Assembly (NCBI GenBank): GCA_951406725.2
Contig: OX597816.1
Coordinates: 98,394,001-98,458,000, forward strand
Length of the DNA stretch: 64,000 nucleotides
From: Octopus vulgaris
Taxonomy: Eukaryota
Direction of reading: 5' to 3'
Both the position numbers and the translations under genes were made by a program. The notes under the pieces are model-generated. The model was not told the origin of the DNA. It made no database searches and saw only the letters and a program-made list of their open reading frames with translations. Shown here piece after piece: positions 26,670-42,370 of the stretch. The stretch's first letter is position 1, and each line of letters opens with the position of its first letter.

Positions 26670-27030
26670 ATGTTGTTGCTTATGACAGTGCAGAAATGTA
26701 CCATTGGTTTCACGTCTACTATTGCACATAACAACATAGGCAACATGACAGACCTGATGGCTAGAAGAACATATATTCTTTACTAATGGAGGTAAAAATA
26801 CAATCTTGGTCAAGTGGTCCTGAAAAATGGCGTAGCTGACATGGTGGAATCCTTTGCTAAGAGTAGTGCATTTATTACAATCAGAGATCATAACTGAACT
26901 TTGCCTGGATCCCAAGTGCCTACTGGTTAAACCTGTGAAATCGGAAGTCGGGATGGTGAGCAAATATATATTTAGAAACCAGGGAAACCAAAGTAGAAGA
27001 AGTCTGAACCCGGAACCATGTGGTGGGGAT
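26670..27030 (+). mobile_element. Penelope-like element (Naiad-like) RT N-terminal relic
   Basis: AFITIRDH...PKCLLVKPVKSEVGMVSKYIF resembles the PLE pattern AFITLKDHK...CRLINPAKSEIGxVSK; frameshifted. Confidence 0.7.
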
Positions 27031-27910
27031 GCAAACGTAGTACACAACTGCACTGTATATCTCACAATGCATACTCTATATAAGACAGCAATGAGATACT
27101 GAGTATCTGAAATTGTGTGTTTGCATTTTGAAGAATATACATTTCAAGATAGCAATTCTTGCATTATGAATTTGATTAAAGTTTTATAAAATAGGTGTTA
27201 CATAAATCATTTTGTTATAATATTTCTGTTATAAAAATCTGACGTAGTTCCAATATCAAGGACATATTGTTCTTTCTTTACATTTTTTTTTTGTTTTTGC
27301 TGTACTGTATGGAATATAACTCAAGTTTAAAGATATAGCTGTATTCATTTCTCTTTATTGCTGAACACACTTCAAACGACTCGAAAGACGGTGCAAAATA
27401 ATAACAGCATCTAAATGTTTATATCTAATTTATTACTCCATGATGAATTGATTTATTCCATTGAGATCGAAACATCAAAACGGAATGTATAGCGAATTGT
27501 TAACATCACTCAGCATTTATATTCAACATGCAGTTTAGGGAGAAACAATCTGTGTTTTAGTGATCAAATGCTAAAGAAGCAGATAATGGAGGAGTAAGTT
27601 AAAATTTAAAGAAATACATTTAATTTTGAAATAACGTATAATACATAAATTATAAAGATATTTAAAGATTAACAGTAGTATTTGTTTGTAGGATATGCAT
27701 TTTAGTAGCTCAAATAACTTTCAACGACGGACCAGATCAGCATTCTTTGTGGTTTATTCCAAATGCTTCATATGAATCTCATACAATTTATTGCACTAAG
27801 CGTACGTTTGTAATGTTAAGCGGTGAATCTCAAGATGGAGCTCATGAAAAACTACAGTGATTAAATGGAAAAAAGCAACGATGCTCAAAGTATTTTGTCA
27901 AGCAATTATG

Positions 27911-28002
<92 letters not shown>

Positions 28003-28149
28003 TTATAAGCATGCATATCATTACGTAAGCGCAAAATATATACGCTTATAATCTTGAATATATGGACACAAACATACGTATCCACTTGTAATACTAACAC
28101 CAGCAAGAATACGCTAAATAAATATAGAAGTGATTAAACTCTTCCATAA

Positions 28150-29250
28150 CAGATATCTACTGATACACAAACAGTAGAAGAAAAATGTAACGTAACTCCG
28201 TTTCATACACTTTACCATAGGAATATGAAAACAAACAGCGCTAAAACTTTCTTTGATATACTAATGAAAAAATGTCCAACTTAAAGTAAACACCATAGTA
28301 ACTTAAACTGATATATAGTGAAATTCTTGTTCTCCAGGAGATCTAACTTAGCTGATAACATTGACTACTCTAATCTAACAAAAATTAAAGAATTCATGGA
28401 ATGTAGAATTGTTGCTGGCAGAATAAAAAGACATAGTTTACTATATAAAAGGAATCTACCTGTGTTTAAAAATCCTGCTACTGAGTCTTTGACAAATGAT
28501 CTAAGGAATAAAGATAGGAAACTGAGGTAAAGTCCTTTACTACACAGTCTAATAGTAAAGGTATTAAATAGACAAGTTCTAATTTCAGACATGTTAACGC
28601 TAAGTATTCTAAATATACATGCTATGCATTTGAAGAATGAAATCGGAACTTTACATGGCCCAGGATTTCCCATTTTGTATAGGAAAAGCCATGATGAGAA
28701 TAAGAATAGCATTAAATCTGAACGTAATGATACTAATACTAAAATCAACATGGCTGGAAACAATTTAAATAGTTTATCAAGCCAACTAATACTTCAATGA
28801 GCTAACACGTTTCCTGTAACTGTTAAGCAGATATATTTAATATCCGTTTGAAAGTGGTTGCCTTATGAGTGTTGTAATCTACAAAGATAATACCATTATT
28901 TCAAATAGTATTGAATATTATATTGGCTCTCCATCGAAGCTCTTAAATGCTGTTGTAATATGCATAATCACGCACACGATATCAGAATATATAACAAGTT
29001 TGAAGTCTAGAATTACCAATATCAAACCAGAATGGAATGTTATAGGCATGGCTAGAGTCTAAAAAATCTGTTTTTCACTATTGAAGGACTTAAGATACTT
29101 CTATCAATCAGATAATTTATTGGACGATTGACTGTATAATCTTATGCAAGCCTAGAATTTCCAGACGTGTTGATGCCAATAAAACATGTGCTAAATAAAA
29201 CTTATGACAATGCATCAGTTACAAATGCATAATCATATTTCAAAAATTGT
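28150..29250 (+). mobile_element. Penelope-like element (Naiad-like) relic: RT C-terminus, linker, GIY-YIG endonuclease
   Basis: NMKTNSAKTFFDILMKKCP..VKFLFSRRSNL; CNC..PFESGCLMSVVIYK..EYYIGS (GIY-YIG); TSL..ITNIKPEWNVI; many stops. Confidence 0.75.
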
Positions 29251-30004
29251 GAAAACGTGATTCAATGGAAATGGTTGTTAATGTTATGCTTGTTTTAACT
29301 TCGGACCTTTATGTTTGTAGTGCATAATATTCTCATTCGTACAAATTTGTATGGACATGGATATAAATACTTCCAAGGACCTTGTTTGTTAAAGTCCTTT
29401 CGTCGCTATTCACGATTTCATTAACATATATCTATAAAGTATAAGAAAGTATCTATATACATGCACGCACACACATATACACACGTACATACACGCACAC
29501 AATTACATACAAACGTGCATACACACAAGTACACAGGTGCATAGGCGCACAAACACACACGTGCATAAGCACACGCACACACACAGAGGAACGCACTTAC
29601 ACCTCCGCACACACAACCCCAACTTTTATGCCGACACATACACATATATGCACGCATATTCACATACACACACGCGCGCACACTCACACACGCACATTGT
29701 ACACAAACACACATACATACACGCACGCACACACACTACACAAAAAGTGCACTCACAACGTAGAACACATACACTCCCTTCATAGTGTCAGTCAAACCCC
29801 TTTCTACTGACCATCCCATCTACGCACTTGCGAAGAAACACAGAACTACACGAAAGTCTACCACTTCTATTACTATAGCTGCTGAATTATTCCTACAATA
29901 CTAAGAGACGCAAAGTTCACTCACACATACACATATAAACAGTTCATACCACACACACATACACTGTTACCGCCACATCTGGTCATTTCAAAATGTAAGT
30001 ACAT

Positions 30005-30190
30005 GTGGGTATTGGCCATTTGTTCTTGTCTTCTTTTTCTCTTGAACTTCCCTCTGTCTCCTGTTCTTGAAGAGCTTTGCTCGTAACGTAAAAATAACTT
30101 TCTTTCCTTCCTTGATTATCTGTTAATACTTTGCATGTACGACGTACCTGTGTTGTTGCTTTTTTTTCGTTTTTTTTTAAAATTAATTAA
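30005..30190 (+). mobile_element. U-rich PLE-type 3' tail with degenerate hammerhead-like remnant
   Basis: TTGAAGAGCTTTGCTCGTAACGTA; downstream part similar to 61533-61633. Confidence 0.4.
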
Positions 30191-30583
30191 CTAGTATTAT
30201 CACCCGGCGTTGCTCGGGTTTGTAAGGGAAATAACTATATAAGCATTTTTAGAGATGTAAATTATAATAGCCATCTCAATATGGCTAACCACAAAGGGGG
30301 CGGTGTTACTGTAGCTTTTTACGTTCTGAGATTTAATAATACATTTTTAGAGAGTTACTTCCCTTATATATGCCAAAAATGCATTAAAAATGGGGAAAAT
30401 TTATGGTAATTTTTTTTTTAATCGTAGACTCCTCGTAGTCGCGCGCTAATACCCAGAAGGGCTCGATATGAATCACGACTATAAGATACCCGCTTTTGGT
30501 TAAACTGCACCGCAAAATGTGGGAGTAGTTAGGAATCTAAATCGTAGGAGACAGACAGCACACAACCTCACTTTTATATATAA

Positions 30584-30586
<3 letters not shown>
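30191..30586 (-). mobile_element. Non-autonomous Helitron (same 3' end as 22428)
   Basis: Minus strand 5' TCTTTATATATAAAAG; 3' hairpin CCCGAGCAACGCCGGG + CTAG; A|T insertion. Confidence 0.8.
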
Positions 30587-30630
<44 letters not shown>

Positions 30631-30636
30631 TATATA

Positions 30637-30908
<272 letters not shown>

Positions 30909-31244
30909 TAAGAGAAAAAGAATGAGACCTCGATATTACAGAAATAGAGGATTAATTATATATGTTATAATGTAGAACAAATACTAAAAGTTTGTCGTTA
31001 TAGTACTCGGATTTTCTCAACTTCGGAGCGAAGAACTACGATACATTTCTTGTCGGTTATTAATGGAAACAGACGCTATGAAAAACCGTTACATAATAGG
31101 CAAACAACTCTAATAGATGAAAAAGGAAATAACGAAAAGAGATAACGAATACACGCAACCATATTTTTCACAATACATAGACATAAACCTCTTGCATTCA
31201 CAGTTACAGAAACATGCATACGTACATGTACACTCCCACAAACG

Positions 31245-31357
31245 TTCCACCCACTCCACCACAGTGTTTAAGAATTTAGTTAAGAATATTAGTAGAAGAA
31301 TTTATGGCCTCTCTACCAATATAAACATATTTAATAAAGCTACTCCACTATATCACA

Positions 31358-31360
<3 letters not shown>
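31245..31360 (+). mobile_element. PLE (Naiad-like) RT C-terminal fragment
   Basis: STHSTTVFKNLVKNISRRIYGLSTNINIFNKATPLY resembles SNHPPxxxKNLxxxISRRIxxLSxxxxIFNKAAPLY. Confidence 0.75.
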
Positions 31361-32308
<948 letters not shown>

Positions 32309-35300
32309 TATATGTATGTACATATATATAATATACGCAAGACTGTATAGATATGTGTATTGTATATACATGATCCCAGTTCAAAAGCATGGACATTGAT
32401 GCTAATTACCTGCTAAATCCTAAATATAGGCAATACAACATACGATGTTCGACTATTCTTCAAGTGTCTATGAAATCCGATATCTAGCATTCTTTCCAAT
32501 GCCTAAAGAACCGTCTAATAGAGACCAGATTACTTGCTCTCTTCTCACCTATGATAACGACAAATTTTGTCCCATTTATACCTCAGCATCTAAGTAAATT
32601 CTTTGACTTATTTTGGCGCAGTAGTTAAGAAATATTTAAACCATACACGGTGCGCTGTTCATGATTAGTTTTAAATGTCCTTTAAATATATTTCTCACGA
32701 TCTGCTAATTTCTTTACAAGGCTTTTCTTCTATAACGGATTTTATAGTTCATGATTTTGGATTATGATAACGCTTAAAAAGTGTAAGTTAACGGTTTTAT
32801 ATATATTTGTTTTTTATCTTTCTCCCAGTTTCTCTTTATTTCTGTCTCTGTATATATGTAACATAGTATCTATATATAGATGTGATTGTGCGGGTGTGTT
32901 TGTGTGTGTATGCAATTAATTATAAATGCATATATGTCTGCAATTTCCTGTATATTTGTATATCTGCTCATGTTGTATCGGATCACAAAGTATTTGGACA
33001 GAAGTTTCTTTCGTAATGTTTCAAACCTCATAACTTCAACATTGTAACTTTCCAGGGTCCGAGATCCCATCATAAATCAGTTGATTTTAGCATTATATAT
33101 GATGACTATGTAGCAGTAAAATTATTCCAAAGATAGACTCTGGTTCATGCATTGCGAAAATATGATCATGTTTAGCCATTAGAATTTACATAACACATCG
33201 TGAAAATATCATCAGAGCCCTTATGTTAAATGCTATGTCCTCTTTCAAACGCCAAAATAATGCCTAGTCCCAACATCAATAATATGAAAGACCAATAGAA
33301 ATCCTTAAATACAATGATGGTTATTATTAACAACAATCTACAGGTTTCATGGAGAGTCGTTACTAAATAGTATTTAAATCCACTTTAGTACAAGAAATAC
33401 AAAGATAAATAAATGAATACACTAACTTTTAGGCAATAATATTTATCACAAATATTGGCAAACATTATCTCATAACATTTTAAGTACAATAAAATATACC
33501 AAAATGATGTTTTTCCTGTTTTTGTAATTGCTTGCGACATGTTTATCTCGCCTGAAGTTTTAGTTTTATAGTTGTCAATAAGCACTGTTCCATATAATAT
33601 GCTGAATTAGCTTAAGTTTATAGAGTAAAACTACACACAGAGACGTAGACAGAAACTAGTACAACCGCTAATATCTATAAACTATATTACCAATATTAAA
33701 ATGGATTTCTTTTAAATACATAAATATGAAGTGGCTACCATCTAAGAGGCATTATAACCACTCCCAATAACTGTACTCCTCTAATAAAAACGGTTCTTAA
33801 CTAAGCCTACTTAACATATGTCATTTAAGTTTGACAGAATTATTTTGTGCATTTCTATACCTATGGAAAAACAACATTCTTTTATAATGCAGACACCATA
33901 TTAACAGTTTGTTTCAGATATACTTTACTTTGAATTTTACCCATTATATGCCTTACCTGCATCACTTCATATATACATTCGCATTCTGAGATTGCGAAAC
34001 CGCAAGTAATGCAAGCCCCCACCAAAATATTCAAATACTCGCGTGTTCGCATCTGTAGTTTACGTATGCGTACATGTATATGTTTGTGTATTTACTGGGT
34101 AGCTGATTACGCCGATGATGGCATGTTATCGCAATACGTCAGGTTAAATTTTCTAGTTAATTTACTTGTATAAGCTAACAATACAATCTCATCGCCTTAT
34201 ATTATGACCGCAAAAGTAACCTTACTTATGCGTCACTACTTCCGGGAGAAGGAGACATTTCCTTCTGAAATATACCATCTAAATCGAGTGAAATAATCTA
34301 CTATATTTCTATTATGTTTCCACGTGTAAGCATGTATATAATTTAAATTATAAAACACAAAATTCTCCACTAAATATGAACTGACACATTGCTATGAAAT
34401 AAAGTACTATGGGCAATTGGGTAAGCAGTTCTCTGTGAGCTGTTGGCAGAGAGCGTTTAGCCTCGTGTAACAGTAATCGTATTGTGGGATATAAAACCCT
34501 TCATAAAACAGATTTTTACTGTTCGCTTTCATTTTTAAGTACGCCTCACATGAATGAAGTGCTGTTAACGACGTAAAAACTGGTGGAATATATTCATAGT
34601 TGTCTCCTCTCGAAATAGTAGTTATCAGATTTTCTAAATACGAATAAAAATTTATTTCCCCCGAACTTGCTTTCCTAAGTGTTTTGATATTTTCAATTTT
34701 TAGCAGTCATTGACGATGGCATCTATGTTTTAATAACTTATCAATATAGCAGACGAATTTCAGTTCATTGAAACTTTCTTATCACTCGTTTTTTTTTTCT
34801 GGGGGATTATATTTTTCGATACTTTAATAATTGTAATTTATACCATTAAGCTTTTGTACTAAGTCTCTCATCCCATTGTGTGTTGTTTTCCAATTGAATA
34901 ATTTTATTAATTCCCTTCTATATGCAAAAATCTATAACCACTTACGGATATAGATTTGATGCAGATTACTGAGGAGTCTATGTTTTGCTGTTGACTAAAC
35001 TATCTGAATGTAATAGGCGTCTCTTAACTTGTATGTTCACAAATATTAGATGTTGCTCATTTCATTATCTTGAAGTTAGCGTCTCCCTTTTTCAACGCTT
35101 CTAACAATTTTAGTGATGTTACACTTAACTCCTCCTACAAAGAATCACAAATATAAACATTGTCGCAAGTAGGTACATGTTAACACACAGACGATTCGAT
35201 CAGAATCTACTCCATTCCTTAACTCTTATATTCTTCTCCGCATACTCGGCAACCCTGGGAGTTGTTTCTTTCATATTTACAACGGATTGTTTGAAGCTAA

Positions 35301-35329
35301 CTTTCTTCCAACACCGAGATCCTTGGATG

Positions 35330-35381
<52 letters not shown>

Positions 35382-35406
35382 GTATATGTATATGTATATG
35401 TATATG

Positions 35407-35567
35407 CAGGTGTGGACGTGTGGTAAGAAACTTGCTTCTCAACCTAGGCGTTCCGGATTCAGTTCCACTGCGTGGTACCTTTGACATGTGTCTTCTGCTA
35501 TAGACTCGGGCCAACCAAAGCCTTGTTGGTGGCTTTGGGAGGCAGAAACTGAAAGAAGCCTGTCGTG

Positions 35568-35603
<36 letters not shown>

Positions 35604-35870
35604 GACATACATACATATACATATGTACGTGTGTGTGTGTGTGTTAGCGAACGAGAAAGAGAAAGATTGAGAAAGCGAGTGTGTGTGTGTCTTTGTATCG
35701 GTGTTTGTCTACGCCACCATCACAACCACTACTACTAGACTAAGTACTATGTTTAAGAAATAAATTCTACCATCGATTTGGTCAATTTAAAAAAAAAGAA
35801 CTGCAAAGTCGTGCTCCAGTATGGCCGCACACAAATGACTGTAACAGGTAATAGAATAAAAGGATAAAAG
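35407..35870 (+). mobile_element. SINE family B
   Basis: GTGTGGTAAGAAACTTGCTTCTCAACC...CCACTGCGTGGTACC...GAAACTGAAAGAAGCC...ATGACTG. Confidence 0.8.
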
Positions 35871-35960
35871 AACATATAGTTTGTCTTTCCGTTAAGGTAA
35901 GATCAACAAAAAGAACTGTCGGATGTGAGATGAATATTGTTTGACGTACACAATACTTGT

Positions 35961-36155
35961 AAGGCGACGTGCTTGCAGAAACGTTAGCTCGCCGGACGAA
36001 ATGCTTAGAAGTCTGTCTTTACGTTCTGAGTTCAAATTCTGCCTTTCATTCTTTCGGAGCCCATAAATTAAGTACCAGTTGCGTACTGGGTTCGATCTAA
36101 TTGACTGGTCCTCTCTTCAGACATTTCGGGCCGTGTGCCTAGAGTAGAAAAGCAT
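35961..36155 (+). mobile_element. SINE family C
   Basis: GGCGACGTGCTTGCAGAAACGTTAGC...GAGTTCAAATTC...AATTAAGTACCAGTTG. Confidence 0.8.
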
Positions 36156-36551
36156 ATGAGCTACTTATAATTTCTTTCGTCGCAGATTTTTTTAGAAAGG
36201 TTTAAAAAACACGTTGATGTCCTGACACAACAGTTACTATGATTCTTCACCAAGTAACTTTGTAGTTTTGTGGTTGAAAGGGAGATAACCCTAATTCTCT
36301 TTCTATATTTCCTTTCATTTTGCGTTTTCTTCACCCTTCCATTTTATCTAGCCCCCCCCCCCCCGCTTCTCGTTTTGTCTGGTGACTTTTCTTGTTCTAT
36401 TCTCCTGATTTGTGACTTGTATGAGTCATATGCTAGCGATTGCTTGGAAACACTAAGTGTGTTATTAAAAAGCTTTCTAGGCCAAATCTCTAATGTATGA
36501 CACTATCAATAGCGCATAACGATATACAGTTTACATTACATGACGTGTGTG

Positions 36552-36613
<62 letters not shown>

Positions 36614-36699
36614 GTGATGTGATAGTAGTCTCTCGAATTTCTAAAAAAGACACTTCCGCACTTTCTTATTTGTTTTTAGTGAACAACCTGCACATATGA

Positions 36700-36918
36700 T
36701 TTGTTTGTATTGCGGTGAATTAGCCTGCTTCTCATAAACAAATCGACGTTTCCTGAACAAGGGCACGATGTATCACACGTCCGTTGGGAAAGTAATCGCA
36801 GAGCAACGTGAGATGAATTGTTTTGCTCAAGATCATAACTCACTATCAGATCCACGAATTGAAAGCAAAATCTGGTGATCGTGAGTGAATCACCTGCTCA
36901 CCAGGCCAAGCACCCTCA
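36700..36918 (-). mobile_element. Decayed SINE (family A-like)
   Basis: GAGCAACGTGAGATGAATTGTTTTGCTCAAGA resembles the family A core in reverse. Confidence 0.55.
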
Positions 36919-37222
36919 CATATATACACACACATGCACGCATACACACACATGCACATGTATGTATGCATTTTTGTATTTATGTATGTGTATTAATGCA
37001 TTAAATAAATAGCATGACAAGGGAAGAGTCACAACTGTTCATTTGCCGTTGCATTAATTTCACAGAAAGTTCTCCAATCTCTTAACCCTTAATTCTGAAG
37101 TATACGTATATTGAGTTCTAACAACTGATTATTAGTATCGCTGTATCTAAGTCAAGCATAATGTATATCTATACGTATGATATATTTGTTTGTAGGTAGA
37201 TTTGATAGTGATATATACACAC

Positions 37223-37296
<74 letters not shown>

Positions 37297-37489
37297 GTAC
37301 ATATGTATGTGTGTGTGAGTGCGTGCGTACGTTCCAAATGATGTAAACACAATTTAAGTACTGATATCTTAATTTTCATTTCTTTTGGGATTTATCTCAT
37401 TAGAAAAAATAATGGGAACAAGACTACTAGCTTAATAATGTAAATTGCGGTTTTTGTTTGTTTTTTTTTTAAATTCCTTCTTGAAGTTT

Positions 37490-37706
37490 GAAAACGCACT
37501 CGAATTTCAAAGTGAGATTGGGAGGGAGTTTCACCAGATCGACCTATGCAACTTACCCCCACTCGAGTAAGAGATAAATTTGAAGCAGGTGGAAATATGA
37601 AAGGTAAAGTAGACCGCGGTGGAATTTGAAATAGGAAAGTAAAGTCGGAGGAAATGCTGCTAAGCATTTAGTCCGGAGCGCTAACATTCTACTATCTCAT
37701 TGCCTT
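37490..37706 (-). mobile_element. SINE family C
   Basis: Minus strand GGCAATGAGATAGTAGAATGTTAGCGCTCCGGACTAAATGCTTAGC...TTCAAATTCCACCGCGGTCTACTTTACCTTTCAT. Confidence 0.75.
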
Positions 37707-37899
37707 ATAAAATAAATAAATATTTCATGTTGTTTTTAATACATTTTGAAAAATATTCTAATAAACACTGACTTTATAATCAATCACTCTGTCTTTACAT
37801 TTTTGCACTCACATACGTACTGACACACATTTACTTATATTCTTATGTCTGAGATAATTTAAGTGGCTCTTTGTATCACCTTTCACACTGTGAAGGACG

Positions 37900-39200
37900 T
37901 ACCAAGCAAATATATCATGTTTTGCTAAACCGTTGTCTCGTGTCTTTATTCTTGACATCAGCTATCGACATTAGATTTCCATCGGGAATCCTGAAATAGT
38001 TTGTTGCTTTTGTTGTCAGTTTGTTCCCAGTTTACGGAATCTATATATTGGTCATATTTTTATTAACTTTACGTTAAATACAAAAATTCCATCAGAATAG
38101 AGAGAAATCTGGCGAAGATAAATGTTATCAACGTTTTGTTGTAAATCCTTGTTATAAATGCATTGTCGTTCGTAGAAAAATTAAGATAATTTCGTGACTA
38201 AGGTAACCGCCAGGAGCAATTATGTTTGCAATTTATTTACTTGAATTTAAATTTGAAATCACATCTGCCACCTGAAGTTTATACAGAAGTTTACTAGCTT
38301 TTGTAGTTTTTGATGCATTAGTAATACGATGTTTTGGCTCTTTGTTTTGGTCGTATTCTGATTGATGAGTTACTTCATAAAGTTTTTATCTATTCTTTAT
38401 CCCTGGTGTCTATGATTTGTGTAATATGATGAATGCTTACTTTATTTGTATAGCTGGTGGTATGTGTTATATTTTCTATATCGTCATTAAATGTTTCAAC
38501 AAGCATTTGCTGTATTCTTTCTCCATGTTTTATAGAGTAGTATGTAGATTCTCGTCTGTGTGGGGATCTTATAACTAATAATTTTATGTGTGGAAAATTT
38601 CCATTAAAATATAAACGTTTATTCATTTTCTAATATATGAAGCCTTAATTTGACGAATAACACTTCTTACTCTCGGAATCAGTGGTATTTTGTTTTCTTC
38701 ATTTAGACGAGGAGAGAAATTCTGTGTACACGAGTGTGACAAAATCTATACGTCGACTAATCACCATATGGTTTCCATCAAAATTAAATTACAGAAAATC
38801 ATGTGCAGCATTTTTCACTCGTTGAAAGTATTTCTATTTGAACAGTTGCTTGTGTGTTTGGAAAATTGTGAATTCTCTTATAACGACTGAAATCTTTCTT
38901 CATATTGACTAGGAGCTTCTGCACGATCTTCATTTGCTGCCGAACCGATTCCATAGTCGAAGGTGTAGTTAGATACTTGTTCCTGTAGCAATACAGTCAT
39001 GTGAACAATAAGTAAGTAAACAAGTTGTGATGATTTCTTTCTCGCCATATGGAGCTGATATAGTACAGCGGTGTTTTTTCTGACATAGTCCTTATTTCGT
39101 CTCCAGTATCTCATCATTTATCCTGGAATATTGAATTCTAGTTCGACTGCAGAGTTTGTGTTTTATCCAACATAATTACTTTAAGATTGAATTTCACATC
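37900..39200 (-). mobile_element. Possible highly decayed PLE
   Basis: Scattered weak motifs (KDYVR, FNFDGNH, LYFNGNFPHIK, QYI); no continuous frame. Confidence 0.3.
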
Positions 39201-39647
39201 GTTGCAATACCTCTTTCTCTTCTTCCACATGATGTTGGTATAGCTTTGCAGTTTATAAACAGATGACGAATGATGATTACATTTTATTGAATCACACTGA
39301 ACGCAAACGTAACGTGTAAAGACTAATTAGGTTAACTTTTTATTGCACTTCAGTTGCTATAATTAATATTAAATTAAACTATCAGTCAATCGCCGCAGAT
39401 GCAAATTTTGCCACTTGTACCCATACTGAAGCAGAAACGTCAAGCCAATCATCTTAATTCTTTTAAAAGGAACATTGTTTGTAGTCATACAGTTGATATA
39501 CCTTGTACTTGCTTTACTTAATAACATCGAGCACTGATCCAACACCAGCCAATATATGTTTAGATCATCCCATAATGAAACAGGAGGGATGCTAACCTTA
39601 ATATTTACATACTTTTTCATGTTAGTCCTCTCTATTATTATGTCTAA

Positions 39648-40380
39648 GAGGTTGGGCTGGTAGAATCGTTAGCACATCAGGCAAAATATTTAGCCACATT
39701 TCATCCGTCTTTACACTCTGAGTTCAAATATCGCCTAGATCGACTTTGCCTTTCATTATTTCAGATTCGATAAAATAAGTGCCAGTTGAACACTAGAGTC
39801 AACTGAACCACCTTCGCCGAAATCGCTGCACTTGTGCCAATGACTAAGCCCAGCTGACAGAAACATTAGCACGCCGAACGAGGTGCTCAGTGGCAATTCT
39901 TCCAGCTTTACGTTATGAGTTCATATCCCGATTTTGTCTATATTTATTTAAGGGCCCTATAAAATATGTACTAGTTGAGCACTAAACTCGATGTTATCGA
40001 TTGACCTGTCCACATTGTTCTGGGTTCAGTCCCACTGCGTGGCACCTTAGACAAGTGTCTTCTACTATAGCCTCGGACCGACCAAAGCCTTGTGAGTGGA
40101 TTTGGTAGACAGAAACTAAAAGAAGCCCATATATGTATGTGTGTGTGTGTATTTGCGTGAGTGTGTGTTTTTTTCCCCCAACATCGCTTGACAACCGATG
40201 CTGGTGTGTTTATGTCCCCGTAACTTAGCGGTTCGGCAAAAGATACAGATAGAATAAGTACTAGACTTACAAATAATAAGTCCCGGGATCGATTTGCTCG
40301 ACTAAATGCGGTGCTCCAGCGTGGACACAGTCAAATGACTGAAACAAGTAAAAGGTTAAAAGAGTAAAAGAGTAAAAAAG
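39648..40380 (+). mobile_element. SINE cluster: two family C copies then family B
   Basis: GCTGGTAGAATCGTTAGCAC (39657), GCTGACAGAAACATTAGCAC (39853), family B body 40010-40380 ending AAAAGAGTAAAAGAG. Confidence 0.82.
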
Positions 40381-40856
40381 AGGAACAGTTAGTTAATAAG
40401 ACAAAATGCTATAGAAGCCTGATGCAAACACGGACGCTGAAACAGAAAATTTTAATTGCCAAGAGACATTTTGCCACATGACAATGTAGCTTACTATTAA
40501 TCTATCCTTCTATCTATATATATGTTGTTATGTCTTGTTATTTGCATTTGTATTTGTGTAACATTACTCCGTTTTTTTCCGTCCTTGTTTTCGTATACAA
40601 TCGCTGCTTACTTCCAAGAAATCTAATGCTCTTAGCTTAGTTTTTCCTGGGGGCTGGTCAGATTGGAACAATCACGAGTATAACCAGCGGAAATTGCACA
40701 GATAATCCGGAACGTGACTGAGGAAAGAAAACATCGAATGACCCGCCCATGTTTTTCCTTTTGCCTCATATATCATCTGTCTGGATGTTTTGTTGTCCTT
40801 TTTTTATCATCAAGCTGTCTGGATGTTTTGCGTTCTTGTCCCATATTTTGTATTCC

Positions 40857-40918
<62 letters not shown>

Positions 40919-40919
40919 A

Positions 40920-41691
40920 TATGTTGTGAATTTATGGAAAGAAACCCCATAAAACTCAACAATCTAGTTAAAAATGTAGAAGGGGAGTTGTTAAGATATA
41001 GAAGAGAATTTCAATTCATGAACACGATCGTTCCGTACAGAGATATATGAATAATGCAAATTCATAATTGGATTGAATTAAATTAAATTAATTAAATGAA
41101 TTAATTATATATCAATGTACTATACAGTGTAAGAAGTATAAACAAAGCTTTTGCAAAAACTTGAGAAAGGAAATAGCAAAATAGAATCTAGAAGATTTGT
41201 ATTTATTCTTATGAGAAAAGGAGAGATGTGAATCCAGTTAGGTGTTAACTATAACTAAAGAATATGACGGTTATTTGAAAATATAAGTAAAAATGGTTTC
41301 AGAGACGTTCCCTCTATAGATGAGCAAGGAGATTAGAAATGTTAACTCCAAATAAGTTACGTAGGGCAAAAATTGCATGGAAATCTCCAGTTGAAAAGCA
41401 TAGCTATATTTGAATTAAGATATCAAGTGACAATTAAAAACATTAATTAGTGCGGTGTATATTTTAAAAAAAATTATACATCAAAATTAAGTTAATCTAG
41501 AGGAGATTCATTTTTTAATTAATTTAATTCAATTCAATTCAATCAGGAATTTGCATTATTCTTATATCTCTATACGGAACGATCGTCTGCATGAATTAAA
41601 ATTCTCTTGTATATTTTAACAACTTCTCTTCTCGAATTTTTAACTAAATTGTTGAGTTTTATGTGATTTCTTTCCATAAATTCACAACATA
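40920..41691. mobile_element. Diverged foldback/MITE-like element, ~178-bp inverted arms next to (TA)n
   Basis: TATGTTGTGAATTTATGGAAAGAAA...ACGATCGTTCCGTA vs TACGGAACGATCGT...TTTCTTTCCATAAATTCACAACATA. Confidence 0.85.
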
Positions 41692-41900
41692 ATATATACA
41701 AATATTATTTTCTTATTCGCAAATTTACACCTATAAAATTACTGCAGAATATGAGAAATCAATATTAGAAATCCTTTTTGAAAACCTCCAAATTAATGGA
41801 CGAATCTAAATACAAACTTTTTACACACGCACACACACACAGACACAGTCCCCCCCTATATATATATATATATGTATAAATATGTATATATATATATATT

Positions 41901-41955
<55 letters not shown>

Positions 41956-42003
41956 AATAAGACAAGATAGAAAATGCTACAATAATGTTATCAGGAAGAA
42001 GAT

Positions 42004-42049
42004 TTTACTACCGGTTTCATTCTTAGCGACTATTTCATCGCAGAGTAAA
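42004..42049 (-). ncRNA. Degenerate hammerhead in PLE 3' UTR
   Basis: UUUAC-UCUGCGAUGA-AAU...AU-GAAA-C-CG-GUA/GUAAA; core disrupted. Confidence 0.55.
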
Positions 42050-42267
42050 GCATGAAAAAAAAATTAAATTGTGGAGAAATTAAATGAAATGATTTTTAAA
42101 AATATTACCATAGTTTTCAGCCTTCTTATGCCTGTCTCTTTCTCTTATTTTCTCTTGTGAGGGCTTGGTAGCAAGCAGCAGGTACTTACAGTCCAAATAT
42201 TTTTATACGAGTTCTTGGTTGTGAGTGTTTAACCAGCAATTGTAGCTGAGGAACGAAGTGGCGAAGG

Positions 42268-42329
42268 AGAAGAAGATAAAGAAGAAGAAGAAGAAGAAGA
42301 AGAAGAAGAAGAAGAAGAAGAAGAAGAAG

Positions 42330-42360
<31 letters not shown>

Positions 42361-42370
42361 CGAAGAAGAA
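42268..42370. repeat. (GAA)n microsatellite
   Basis: Direct reading. Confidence 0.95.

Noticed and set aside
28365-28763. Hydrophobic 132-aa ORF suggesting a membrane protein
   Set aside because: Antisense frame of a PLE relic
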